Below the pieces are notes generated by a model. The model searched no databases, was not told the DNA's origin, and worked only from the letters and a program-made list of their open reading frames with translations. The position numbers and the translations under genes are program-made. This document shows positions 28,863-39,947 of a DNA stretch of 64,000 nt, piece by piece (positions within the stretch are counted from its first letter, which is position 1; each line of letters opens with the position of its first letter). Origin of the DNA: Planctomycetota bacterium (GTDB lineage Bacteria; Planctomycetota; JAJSAM01; JAJVHW01); NCBI GenBank assembly GCA_965248445.1, contig CBDFJG010000004.1, positions 736,001 through 800,000 of the forward strand, read 5' to 3'.

Positions 28863-31136
28863 ATGCACGCACTTCTGGCGGCCGGCGACGCACACGGAAT
28901 GACGATCACGCTCGGGGTGGCGATTGCCGCTGGCGTGACGCTCATCGTGATCGCGCACCGCCTGCACATCTCGGCGATCACGCTGCTGCTCCTGGGAGGC
29001 GTGGCCCTGGGGCCCGAGGGGCTGAACTTCGTGCGGCCGGAGTCCCTGGGCGAGGGCCCGCTCTCGACGATCGTCTCGCTCGCCGTCGCGATCATCCTGT
29101 TCGAGGGCGGATTGACGCTCGACCGGGAGGGCTTCGCCAGAGCCCCCGGGGTGATCAAGCGACTCCTCACCGTGGGTGTCCTGATCACGTGGATGGCGAC
29201 AGCCAGCGCGATCTACTTCATCTTCAACGTGCTCGCCGGCAAGTCCCTGAGCATCCGGTTCATCGTTCTCTGCGCAAGCCTCGTGATCGTGACCGGACCG
29301 ACCGTCATCGCACCGCTCCTCAAGCGCATCCGGGTCAGGACCAACCTGCACAACATCCTCCACTGGGAGGGTGTGCTCATCGACCCGATCGGCGTGTTCA
29401 TCGCGCTCCTCTGCTACGAGTACATCGCGACGGGTGGCGGCGCCGACGCCTTCCAGGACTTCGGCTTGCGCGTCGTCGCGGGGCTCGGGATCGGACTCGC
29501 ATCCGGCTGGCTCCTCGTGCGGATACTCCGTTCCCCGCTCGTATCCCCCGAGACCACGAACTCGTTCACGCTCGCGTTCGCCATCGGTGTGTTCGCCCTC
29601 TCGGAGACGATCGCGTCGGAGACCGGACTGTTGTCCGTGACCGTGGCCGGGTTCATGCTCGGTCTCTCGGGGCTGCAACGCCTGAAGGCACTGCGCGAGT
29701 TCAAGGCCGAGATCACCGAACTGATGATCGGGATGCTGTTCATCCTGCTCGCGTCGCGGCTGAAGCTCGACTCGTTCACAAGCTACGGATGGTGGCTACC
29801 GGGTCTGGTGCTCGTGGTCGTGCTCCTCGTGCGTCCACTGAACGTGGTCGTGTCCTCGTGGGGCCAGGGTCTGCGCAATCGCGAGAAGGCGTTCCTTGCG
29901 TGGGTTGCGCCCCGCGGGATCGTCGCCGCGTCGATGGCGTCGCTCGTGCGGCTGAAGCTCGAGTTCGAGTTCGGCACGGATGACCCGACGGTCGACGGCC
30001 TGTTCCTCGAGACGTTCACGTACTCGGTCATCTTCTCGACCGTGCTGTTGCAGGCGCCGACCGCCGGACTGGTCGCGCGCGCACTCGGACTGCGGCGGCC
30101 CACGCCGACCGGCTGGATGATCGTCGGCGCGTCGACGTTCGCGCGTCGGCTCGCGCGCTTCCTCCACAACAGCTGCAGGCTGCAGGTGTTGCTCGTCGAC
30201 TCCAACGCACGCGGCGTGACGATGGCGCGGTCGCGCGGTCTGGACGCAATCGTGGCCGACGCCCGCGACGTGTCGGAGCTCGAGACCCGCGGCGAGCTGA
30301 TCGACGTCGGGAACGTGCTGGCGCTGACGGACAACGAGGACCTGAACCTGCTTCTCTGTGACCGCTGGTCGGAGGTGGTCGGCCGCGACCGCGTGTTCCG
30401 CTGGGCCTCGCGCGCCAGCATGGATCGTCAATCCGCGCGTGGCGCAGGGACCGTGGTGTGGCCCGATCTGCCCAAGCCCTCCCTCGTGTCGCTGGAGCTC
30501 GAGCGCAACGACGCGCGCCAGCACATCCTCGACGCGCCGGACCTGGATCCGGACAGTCTGCGGACTCCCCTGCTCGGCCTGCTGGACGAGGCGGCCGTGC
30601 CGCTCGACCGTGCAACGATGGGTGACGCCGCGCAATACGGGGTCACGTTTCACCTGCGCCGGCGACGCAACAGCTATCTGCACAAGAGCCTCCTCGGGGA
30701 CCTCGTGCTGCGAGCCGAGGGGGCCGACGTCACGGAAGCCCTCGAGCGCGCGGTGGACGCACTCGTCGAACGCGCGCCCCAGCTCGACCGGGAGAGCCTG
30801 CTGGCGGAGCTCGCGGCGCGAGAGAACGTGCTCGCGAGCGTGCTGGGCAAGGGGGTCGCTGTCCCGCACGCCCGCCGCGAGGGGCTCGAACAGAGGATGA
30901 CCGCGCTGGTGCAGGTCCCCGAAGGCCTGGACATCGAGACGCCCGACGGGCTCCCGGTGCGCCTGCTCTGTCTGCTCATCTCGCCCGCAGACGACCCCGA
31001 GGGCCACCTTGCCGCCCTGGCCGAGCTCGCCGAGATCGTGGACGCCGACGTCGCCCGCGAACACCTGCTCGGCGCTCCCACGCCGGAGGAGCTTGTGATC
31101 CGCGTCCGAGCGGTGATGAACGCCCGTCAATCCTGA
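28863..31136 (+). CDS. NhaP-type cation:proton antiporter with TrkA-N-like and C-terminal PTS EIIA (Ntr/Fru-type) domains
   Basis: AIILFEGG, VTGPTV, WEGVLIDPIG and APRGIVAA; many TM helices; GxS-type Rossmann segment; ARE...GVAVPHAR EIIA motif. Confidence 0.88.
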   Translation: MHALLAAGDAHGMTITLGVAIAAGVTLIVIAHRLHISAITLLLLGGVALGPEGLNFVRPESLGEGPLSTIVSLAVAIILFEGGLTLDREGFARAPGVIKRLLTVGVLITWMATASAIYFIFNVLAGKSLSIRFIVLCASLVIVTGPTVIAPLLKRIRVRTNLHNILHWEGVLIDPIGVFIALLCYEYIATGGGADAFQDFGLRVVAGLGIGLASGWLLVRILRSPLVSPETTNSFTLAFAIGVFALSETIASETGLLSVTVAGFMLGLSGLQRLKALREFKAEITELMIGMLFILLASRLKLDSFTSYGWWLPGLVLVVVLLVRPLNVVVSSWGQGLRNREKAFLAWVAPRGIVAASMASLVRLKLEFEFGTDDPTVDGLFLETFTYSVIFSTVLLQAPTAGLVARALGLRRPTPTGWMIVGASTFARRLARFLHNSCRLQVLLVDSNARGVTMARSRGLDAIVADARDVSELETRGELIDVGNVLALTDNEDLNLLLCDRWSEVVGRDRVFRWASRASMDRQSARGAGTVVWPDLPKPSLVSLELERNDARQHILDAPDLDPDSLRTPLLGLLDEAAVPLDRATMGDAAQYGVTFHLRRRRNSYLHKSLLGDLVLRAEGADVTEALERAVDALVERAPQLDRESLLAELAARENVLASVLGKGVAVPHARREGLEQRMTALVQVPEGLDIETPDGLPVRLLCLLISPADDPEGHLAALAELAEIVDADVAREHLLGAPTPEELVIRVRAVMNARQS

Positions 31137-31168
31137 CGGACGGGCAGGACGCGGTAGTCTGGGCTCCC

Positions 31169-31963
31169 ATGAGAAACACGATTGCACTCGTCGGGGGCGC
31201 GATCCTGATGCTCGGCCTCGCGACCGTCGCGGGCTGGGTGGGCGGTTCGATGTCCGCGGGGGACCCCGCGGCCGCGCCCGGCGGCACCGCGGGTGGCGGC
31301 GCCGCGCGGCTCGAGTTCGATGAACTCGACCGCCGACTGAACGCGCTCGAGAAACGGCTCGCCAACACGGACGAGAACGCGGCGGCCGCCCTCCAGGCCG
31401 TCACCGATCTACGCCCGGACGTCGAAGCACTGTCGGGGCAGCCGCGCCCCGCGGTCGCCCAGGACAGCGTGATCATCAACCCGCGCGACGTAGACGACGC
31501 GGCAGAGGCCAAGAAGACCGATCAGGAGCGCGCGGACGAGTTCCGCGACAAGGCGCGAGAGCTGTACGAGAACGCGGCGCCGATGATCCTGCGCGGCCAC
31601 CTGGCACAACTCGCCGACACGAGCGAGGGAGCGGACGACCGGCGACGAAGCCAGGTCCACGCGCAGGCGCAGCAGTTCGCAGTGGCCTACGGCGTCGACT
31701 CGAAGCACCGCGACACGGTTACCGACATCCTGAGCGAGTGGATGACGCAGAGCGTCCGCGACGTCGGCCCTTACCTGCGCGGCGGACTGGAGCGCGCGGA
31801 CTACCCCCGCGTCGAGGAAGCGATCGTGCCGGTCTGGGACGCCCGCGATGCGAAACTGAAGGAGATCCTCTCCGACCGCGCGTGGAAAGAGTACGAGGCG
31901 GACCAGAAGTTCTACCGCGGCAAGATGTCGCTCGCGTTCTCGAGGCTCGCCGAAGGCCGCTAG
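31169..31963 (+). CDS. Hypothetical protein with N-terminal signal/anchor and coiled coil
   Basis: 264-aa ORF with hydrophobic N-terminus and a heptad-like segment; TAGTCT upstream. Confidence 0.65.
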   Translation: MRNTIALVGGAILMLGLATVAGWVGGSMSAGDPAAAPGGTAGGGAARLEFDELDRRLNALEKRLANTDENAAAALQAVTDLRPDVEALSGQPRPAVAQDSVIINPRDVDDAAEAKKTDQERADEFRDKARELYENAAPMILRGHLAQLADTSEGADDRRRSQVHAQAQQFAVAYGVDSKHRDTVTDILSEWMTQSVRDVGPYLRGGLERADYPRVEEAIVPVWDARDAKLKEILSDRAWKEYEADQKFYRGKMSLAFSRLAEGR

Positions 31964-31968
31964 GACGA

Positions 31969-33585
31969 TCAGCGTCGCCTGAACAAGAACAGGAGCCCGA
32001 CCAGGAGCGCGACTCCGACGCCAATCACGAGTCCGAGCAGTCCTCGATCGCCCGAGTCGCCCTCGTCGTCTCCGTAGTCTTCCCAGTCCTCCGGGTCTTC
32101 CCACTCGTCCGGATCTTCCAACTCGGTCGTCGCACCCTCGACGCCGGCCCGGATCTCGACGTCGAGACCGTCACCGGGGCCGCCGTCGCCTCCAAGACCG
32201 AGTCCGTCCAGGCCGGCCGACGCGGGGAACGGAACGCCCGCTGCCGCCGCGGCCTCCATCAGCGCGCGACCGTCGCCCGTCTTGGCGAACGACTTCTGCA
32301 TCTCGAAGACCGCGTCCGCGATCCCCGGGCCCACCAGGGCAAGACCGGCGCCCCGAAAACGGATCACACCGCTCTCGTCGACGACGATCGCGAATGGACG
32401 GTTCGCGTCGAGACCCAGCGCGAGCGTCAGCTCGTTCTTCATCCACTTGCCGTCCCAGTGCCACGGCCAGTCCATCAGTTCCTGCTCGCACCACGCGCGC
32501 ACCGACTCGAGGCGGCCGTCGTAGACGGGGTCCTCCTTGCCCCACTCCTCGTACGCTGCGATGGTCCGCTCGCGCAGCTCGTCGTCCATGCGGTAGTCCA
32601 TGGAAACGCCCACGACGCGCAGACCGAACGGCGCCCACATGTCGCGCAGCGGCCGGACGATCGTCTCGACCTCGCGCGTCTTCGTGCTGACAGGCGTGCT
32701 GAAGAAGTGCAGGAGGAGCGGCTGGCCGCGCAGTGCCGCTACGTCGATCACTCCTCCGTTTGCCGCCTCGACGACGGGCAGTGACGCGAGCGACATGCCG
32801 GGCCGGACGCCGGCCCGGCGGGCGAGCTTCCTCACGTTCTCGGTCGACACGTCCCAGTCCGCTCCGGGAACGTCCCACGCCGCCGCGAGTTCGGCCGCTT
32901 TCTCCTCCTGCTTCGACTCGATCAACGACCTCAGAACGACGAACGCCAGTGCGCCTGCGTCGTACCGGTTCGCCGCCGCCTGCAGCGCAGTCACGGCGCG
33001 GCCACCGACCTCCGCAGCGACGGCGATGGGATCCGGCTGCGTGCCGGCGTTGCGGAGCATGACGCGGGTCAGTTGGTCCAGTCCGTCCGGCAGCAGCGCC
33101 GAGTCGTCTGGTGCACCGTCGACGAACGCCCGCAGGTCCTCCGCCGCGCGCAGAAGGAGCGGCGTGGCCTCGTCGCGCGTGACGATCTCGGCCAGTCGTG
33201 CGCGTCCGAACCCCGCGTGGTAACGGGCCTCCAGAGCCCCTCCTCCACCGGCCAGCTTGGCGTACTCGTCCGAGCCGGATACGAGACCCCGGATCGCGGC
33301 CTCCCAATCGTCGCGCGCCCGCCGGTACTCCCGGATCAACTCGACGTGTTCCTTGCGATCGGCGGGCATCTGGTCCGCCCGCGGCGGCCTGGGTCGCTCT
33401 TCCGCGGTCGCGGTCAGGCGGCGCAGGCGGTCCAGCAAGCCGTCCAGCGTCTCTGCGGCCACCGCGGCGCCGTCGCCGTCGTCCTGGGCAAGCGCCACAG
33501 GGGTCAGGACGGCGGCGCAGAGCAGCCCGGCCAAGGCGAGGAGGGCGGAACGGGCGAGGAGGGCGGTGCGTGCGAGGTCAGGCAT
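31969..33585 (-). CDS. Exported protein with helical region, thioredoxin/TlpA-like domain lacking CxxC, and C-terminal TM anchor
   Basis: Signal peptide; LRGQPLLLHFF...VVGVSMD...PFAIVVDESGVIRF redoxin fold pattern; acidic linker followed by TM helix and RRR. GGAGAG RBS precedes ATG 33585. Confidence 0.75.
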   Translation of the reverse strand: MPDLARTALLARSALLALAGLLCAAVLTPVALAQDDGDGAAVAAETLDGLLDRLRRLTATAEERPRPPRADQMPADRKEHVELIREYRRARDDWEAAIRGLVSGSDEYAKLAGGGGALEARYHAGFGRARLAEIVTRDEATPLLLRAAEDLRAFVDGAPDDSALLPDGLDQLTRVMLRNAGTQPDPIAVAAEVGGRAVTALQAAANRYDAGALAFVVLRSLIESKQEEKAAELAAAWDVPGADWDVSTENVRKLARRAGVRPGMSLASLPVVEAANGGVIDVAALRGQPLLLHFFSTPVSTKTREVETIVRPLRDMWAPFGLRVVGVSMDYRMDDELRERTIAAYEEWGKEDPVYDGRLESVRAWCEQELMDWPWHWDGKWMKNELTLALGLDANRPFAIVVDESGVIRFRGAGLALVGPGIADAVFEMQKSFAKTGDGRALMEAAAAAGVPFPASAGLDGLGLGGDGGPGDGLDVEIRAGVEGATTELEDPDEWEDPEDWEDYGDDEGDSGDRGLLGLVIGVGVALLVGLLFLFRRR

Positions 33586-33765
33586 GGCGATCTCTCCAGC
33601 GTAGCGTGCGATCCCGCACGCACCCCGTCCAACCAGACCTCCCACTGGGACGAACGAGCCGCCTCAGAGGCGAAGGCCGGATCGCGAATGCGACCCGCGC
33701 ACACGCCCCAGGCCAGACCACAGAGCGCCGGGCGCCGCCGGGTCCGCCTGTGTATCCTGCGCCGC

Positions 33766-34305
33766 GTGGCTGAAGCAGACGAACAGAGAGGCCGGCTAGA
33801 TGGGTTCCTGGCGCTGGCGCGATCGGGCCCCGGCGCGGTTCGAAGCCTCCTCGCCGGACTCGACGCCGAGGACCTGGCCCGGAAGCCGGGAGTCGGCAAG
33901 CTGTCGCTGCTCGGCCACCTGTGCCACCTACGCGAGATGGAAGAGCGCGTGTTCGGCGTGCGCCTCGAGCGCGTGCTGGCGGAGGACAACCCGACGCTCG
34001 AGCCGCTCGTCGTCGAGGACCACGTGGTGCCGGATGACGATCTGGTCACCGGGGAGTTCACTGTCGAGGACCTCGCCGAAGCGGACGTCGAAGCGGTGCT
34101 CGCCGCCTGGGAGGCCGCCCGGTCCCGCAACATCGAGCGCGCCGAGAACACCGGCCCCGAGGAGTGGTCGCGTCCTGCGCGCCATCCGCAGCTCGGCAGC
34201 GCGACGTTCTTCGAGATCGTCGAACGTTGGTCGCGTCACGACACGGACCACGTCCGGCAGATCGAGATCCTCGCGCTGAACAGCCGCGAACGAAATCTGC
34301 CGTGA
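33766..34305 (+). CDS. DinB/YfiT family protein
   Basis: SLLGHLCHL...[13 protein letters not shown]...HDTDHVRQI His-triad pattern. GTG start lies behind TATCCT. Confidence 0.8.
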   Translation: MAEADEQRGRLDGFLALARSGPGAVRSLLAGLDAEDLARKPGVGKLSLLGHLCHLREMEERVFGVRLERVLAEDNPTLEPLVVEDHVVPDDDLVTGEFTVEDLAEADVEAVLAAWEAARSRNIERAENTGPEEWSRPARHPQLGSATFFEIVERWSRHDTDHVRQIEILALNSRERNLP

Positions 34306-34333
34306 CCGCGCACCTCCTTGCGATCCTCCGCGC

Positions 34334-34654
34334 ATGAGCAGGCTGACGCCGGACGACATCCGCCACATCGCCGCGCTGGCAAAGTTGCATCTCGACGACG
34401 GCGAGGTCGCCCTGTTCGCGGATCAGTTCGCACGCATCGTCGAACGGCTGGAGCGCCTCGGCGAGGTGGACACCGACGGCGTCCAGCCGCTGGATCATCC
34501 GCTGCCGCTCTCTGACGTACTCCGCGACGACGAACCGGTCGCCGGGCTGTCGCGGGAGGATGCGCTGGCCGGGGCGCCCCAGGAGCGTGATGGCCAGTTC
34601 GCCGTGCCGACCGTGATGCCGTCCGGCACGCGGAACGCGGAGTCGTCGGAGTGA
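34334..34654 (+). CDS. gatC: Asp/Glu-tRNA amidotransferase subunit C
   Basis: [22 protein letters not shown] and FAVP motifs; directly upstream of gatA. Confidence 0.92.
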   Translation: MSRLTPDDIRHIAALAKLHLDDGEVALFADQFARIVERLERLGEVDTDGVQPLDHPLPLSDVLRDDEPVAGLSREDALAGAPQERDGQFAVPTVMPSGTRNAESSE

Positions 34655-36137
34655 CGGCGCTGCCCGACGGCACCCCGGCGCATCTGGGCGCCGCGCACGA
34701 GATCGCCGCCGCGGTCCGGGACGGAGGCTTGACCGCCGTCGAGGTCGCCGAGCACTTCCTGGCACGCGTCGAGCGCTTGGACCCCCGGCTGCACGCGTTC
34801 CTGCACGTCGATCGCGCCCTCACCCTCGAGGCTGCCCACGCTGTAGACGCTCGCCGGGCGGCCGGCGAGGCGCTGGGGCCGCTGGCCGGGGTGCCCGTAG
34901 CCCTCAAGGACAACATGTGCCTGCGCGGTGCCCCCACCACGTGTGCGTCCCGCATCCTGGAGGGCTGGCGCCCGCCGTACGACGCCGACGTCGTGACACG
35001 ACTCCTCGCCGCCGACGCGGTCCCGCTCGGCAAGACGAACCTCGACGAGTTCGCGATGGGATCGTCCACGGAGTGGAGTGCGTTCGGACCGACGCGCAAC
35101 CCGTGGGACGAGACGCGTGTTCCAGGCGGTTCCAGCGGCGGGAGCGCGGCAGCGGTGGCTGCGGGCCTTGCACCGGTCGCACTGGGCAGCGACACGGGCG
35201 GCTCGATCCGTCAGCCGGCCTCGCTGTGCGGCGTGCTCGGGATGATGGGCACGTACGGACGCGTCTCGCGTCGCGGCCTGGTGGCCTTCGGCAGTTCGCT
35301 CGACCGGATCGGCCCGCTCACACGCAGTGCCGCCGACACCGCGCTCGTCATGTCGGTTCTGTCGGGCGGCGATGCCGGCGACGCGACGAGCGTGCGGGAG
35401 CCGGCTCCGGATTGGGGCGCGTCGGTGCACGGCGACGTGCGCGGACTGCGCCTGGGCGTGGTCCGCGGCGTCAAGGACGTGGAGGACGAGACCGAGCGCG
35501 TTTGCGATGCCGCGGTCGCCGCATTGGTAGAGGCCGGCGCCGAGGTGCGCGAGGTGACGCTGCCGCTGATCGAGCACGCCATCTCGGTCTACTACCTGGT
35601 GGCGCCGAGCGAGGCGTCCTCGAACCTGGCGCGTTACGACGGCGTTCGTTACGGGCTGCGCGTGCACGAGCATGATGGCCGCGCGCTGTCGCTCGCGGAC
35701 ATGCAGATGGAGACCCGCGAGCAGGGGTTCGGCCCCGAGGTCAAGCGGCGGATCCTGCTCGGCACGTTCGCGCTCTCGGCCGGGTACTCGCAGGCGTTCT
35801 ACGAGAAGGCGCTCCGGGCCCGTCGGCTGATCGCGGATGGGTTCGCGGGGTTGTTCGAGCACGTCGACGCCGTGGTGTCCCCCACATCGCCGTTCCCCGC
35901 GTTCCCGCTCGGCGCCCGGCTCGACGACCCGGTCGCCATGTACCTCTGCGATCTGCTCGCCGCCCCCGCGAGCCTCGCCGGCCTGCCCTCGGCGTCGCTG
36001 CCCGCGGGCCTCACCGAGGACGGTCTCCCGGTCGGACTCCAGGTCAGCGCGCCGCCGCTCCGCGAGGACGTGATCCTCCGCGTCGCGGGCGCGCTCGAAC
36101 GCGTCCGGGGGCGCCCGGACATCCCGGAGATCTACCG

Positions 36138-36141
<4 letters not shown>
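34651..36141 (+). CDS. gatA: Asp/Glu-tRNA amidotransferase subunit A
   Basis: [54 protein letters not shown]. Confidence 0.97.
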
Positions 36142-37595
<1,454 letters not shown>

Positions 37596-37608
37596 CGACG
37601 CGCCAAAC

Positions 37609-37667
37609 AGTCCAGGATCCTGGACTATTCTTGATTCCCAGACACTAACCGTCCAGGATCCGAGACG
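37609..37667. promoter_or_regulatory. Tandem palindromic sites (candidate bEBP upstream activating sequences)
   Basis: Perfect 18-bp palindrome AGTCCAGGATCCTGGACT (37609-37626) and imperfect copy CGTCCAGGATCCGAGACG (37650-37667), 41 bp apart. Confidence 0.6.
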
Positions 37668-37697
37668 ATTCTCGACGCCTTCGAGCCTGAGCAGGTC

Positions 37698-37714
37698 TTG
37701 GCACGGTCTTCGCT
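37698..37714 (+). promoter_or_regulatory. Sigma-54 (-24/-12) promoter with no convincing CDS downstream
   Basis: TTGGCACGGTCTTCGCT has TTGGCACG and exact GG-N10-GC spacing. Confidence 0.65.
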
Positions 37715-37724
37715 TTACCCAGGA

Positions 37725-37915
37725 CGGGTGTGGCAAGCACCCACTTGAAATCAAGAAACGAGACACCGGGCGGAGCGGGAAGTTCCACCTCTCTCACGGC
37801 CCGCGGGCCGACCTCACCCTCCCCCATCAGGTTCCGCGAAGTCGTTGCGCAAGCGGGGCAAACGCCTGTCCGGTTGACAAGAGGGCGCGGAGGCTACGGC
37901 TTCCGCGCCCGGCTT
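37725..37915 (+). ncRNA. Candidate sigma-54-dependent small RNA (~190 nt)
   Basis: Lies between the sigma-54 promoter and a 12-bp stem with a C(UACG)G tetraloop (37883-37910), with internal hairpins and CU-rich tracts. Inferred; no family recognised. Confidence 0.4.
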
Positions 37916-37962
37916 GATTCACAGTCACTTGGTTCACGGCGCAGGGGTTCCCAGCGCGCGGG

Positions 37963-39429
37963 TCAGCCGGTGACGCGGGCTCCGTCCGCCACGCTGTCCT
38001 CCCGGAACTGCTCGGGGTTCACACCGAGTTTCCGCAGCTTCGCGTAGAGCGATGCGCGCCCGATGCCCGCCAGGCGCGCCGCGCGTGTGCAGTTCCCTCC
38101 GGCCCTCTCGAGCAGGCGCCCGAGATAGGCGCGGTCGAACGCCTCGCGCGCGCCCCGCAACTGGAGCGTGTACACGTCGTCGGAGAGGCCGGCGCCGTTG
38201 CCGGCAGCCGGACTCCGGATGAGCCTCTCGTCGAGAGCGTTCTCGCGCGCCCGCGATTGGTCCATCACGCTCAGAGCGTCTGCGACGTGGGCGTACGAGA
38301 TCGCACCACCGCCCGAGAGGATCGATGCGCGGGTCAGGACATTGCGGAGCTCACGGACGTTGCCCGGCCAGTCATGCGAGATGAGCGCCGCGAGCGCTGG
38401 CGCGTCGATGCGCGGGCGCCCGCCCGGCGCGCGGCCGAGGAAGTGGTCCACGAGCAGCGGAATGTCGCCCTCGCGGTCGCGCAACGGCGGCACCTCGATC
38501 GGGAACGTCGCAAGCCGGTAGTAGAGGTCGCCTCGGAAGCCGCCCTTCTGGACCTCATCCGAGAGGTCGCGATTCGTGGCTGCCAGCACGCGCACGTCGA
38601 CCTTGATCGGCTCCGTGCCCCCGACGCGGACGATCTCGTGCTCCTGCAGCACGCGCAGCAGCATCGCCTGCACGCTGGGGGGCGCCTCGCCGATCTCGTC
38701 CAGAAACAGCGTGCCGCCGGACGCGACCTCGAAGTGACCCACCCGCGCTTGCGTCGCTCCGGTGAACGCACCCTGCTCGTGACCGAACAACTCGCTGGCG
38801 AGAAGCGTCTCGTGGAAGGCCGCGCAGTTCACGATCTGCATTCGGTTCGCGGCGCGCCCGCTGCGCGCGTGCAACGCGCGTGCACAGAGTTCCTTCCCGG
38901 TGCCGCTCTCGCCGTACACGAGGATCGTGACGTCCTGGGGCGCGACCTGCTCCACGACGGCGTACAACCGGCGCATCGCGCGACTCCCGCCGACCATCTC
39001 TTCGTAGCGGTCTTCGCCACCGGCGGCGGAGCCCGGCGCATCCGCTTCACCGCGGGACAACTGACGCAGTGTGCGCTCGACGACGAGTTCGAGTTCCTCG
39101 ATGCGCAGGCCCTCGTTGCCTGTCTTCTGCACGAAGTCGACGGCGCCGGCGCGCATCGCAGCCACGATCGAGGAGGTGGACGCCGCCTCGGACATCACGA
39201 CGACCGGCGTGTCCGGATCGATCTTCCGGATGCGGCGCAGCAACTCGAGCCCGGAGACTCCCGGCAGCCAGAGATCCGAGAGCACGAGGTCGTACTCGTT
39301 GCGGTCGTACGCCTCCATCGCGCCGCGGGCGTCCGTGCGGATCGTGGCGTCGTGGCCCCAGCGCTCCGCGGCCGCGCGCAGAGTGGCACAGACGAGGGGG
39401 TCGTCGTCGACGATGAGAAGGCGGGGCAC
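37963..39429 (-). CDS. Sigma-54-dependent response regulator (NtrC family: receiver, AAA+, HTH)
   Basis: LIVDDD and LSDLWLP receiver motifs; GESGTGKE, ELFGHEQGAFTGA, LFLDEIG, WPGNVREL; C-terminal Fis-type HTH. Confidence 0.95.
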   Translation of the reverse strand: MPRLLIVDDDPLVCATLRAAAERWGHDATIRTDARGAMEAYDRNEYDLVLSDLWLPGVSGLELLRRIRKIDPDTPVVVMSEAASTSSIVAAMRAGAVDFVQKTGNEGLRIEELELVVERTLRQLSRGEADAPGSAAGGEDRYEEMVGGSRAMRRLYAVVEQVAPQDVTILVYGESGTGKELCARALHARSGRAANRMQIVNCAAFHETLLASELFGHEQGAFTGATQARVGHFEVASGGTLFLDEIGEAPPSVQAMLLRVLQEHEIVRVGGTEPIKVDVRVLAATNRDLSDEVQKGGFRGDLYYRLATFPIEVPPLRDREGDIPLLVDHFLGRAPGGRPRIDAPALAALISHDWPGNVRELRNVLTRASILSGGGAISYAHVADALSVMDQSRARENALDERLIRSPAAGNGAGLSDDVYTLQLRGAREAFDRAYLGRLLERAGGNCTRAARLAGIGRASLYAKLRKLGVNPEQFREDSVADGARVTG

Positions 39430-39517
39430 GCCGGGAGTGTACGGGGCACGCCGGGAACGGGTTGAATGCGCACTCTCACATCGCGGCTGGCGGGCGGCAC
39501 CCGGCTACCGTGGGGAC

Positions 39518-39856
39518 ATGTCTGAACCGGTCTTCGATCGATCTGCGCTGGAGCGCTCAGCCGCCGGTGACGAGGCCCTGGCATGCGAGTTGACGAGCCT
39601 GTTCTTGACCGAGGCCGAGGAATCGGCAGCACGGCTAGGGGCTGCTCTCGAGCCTATCGACCGCGGCGAGCTGCGTGCCACGGCGCACCGACTCCGCGGG
39701 TCGGCCGGGATCGTGGGCGCGAAGCGCTTGCGCGCTGCGTGCGCGGAACTCGAGACTCACATCGACGACTCTTCGGAGGAGATCGGCAGGCTCGTGGCGA
39801 GTTTGCTCGCCGCCTCCGACGATGCGTGCAGAGCCATGGCCCCGGAGGGCTCCTGA
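39518..39856 (+). CDS. Stand-alone Hpt (histidine phosphotransfer) protein
   Basis: AHRLRGSAGIVGA Hpt motif. ATG 39518 lies behind TACCGT. Confidence 0.88.
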   Translation: MSEPVFDRSALERSAAGDEALACELTSLFLTEAEESAARLGAALEPIDRGELRATAHRLRGSAGIVGAKRLRAACAELETHIDDSSEEIGRLVASLLAASDDACRAMAPEGS

Positions 39857-39947
39857 CCGGGAGCCTTGGTGACCCCCCGTGCCGCCTGCGAAGATCGCGG
39901 GCCGGCTCGAACCGCGCCGGCGCCGATCGCCCCCTGGAGTCGCCGCG

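Noticed and set aside
37874..37900. Sigma-70 promoter from TTGACA at 37874
   Set aside because: No TAnnnT at 16-18 nt spacing, and the downstream sequence is better explained as a hairpin.
37730..38047. 105-aa ORF downstream of the sigma-54 promoter
   Set aside because: No RBS, atypical codon usage, crosses a strong hairpin and overlaps the convergent regulator gene.
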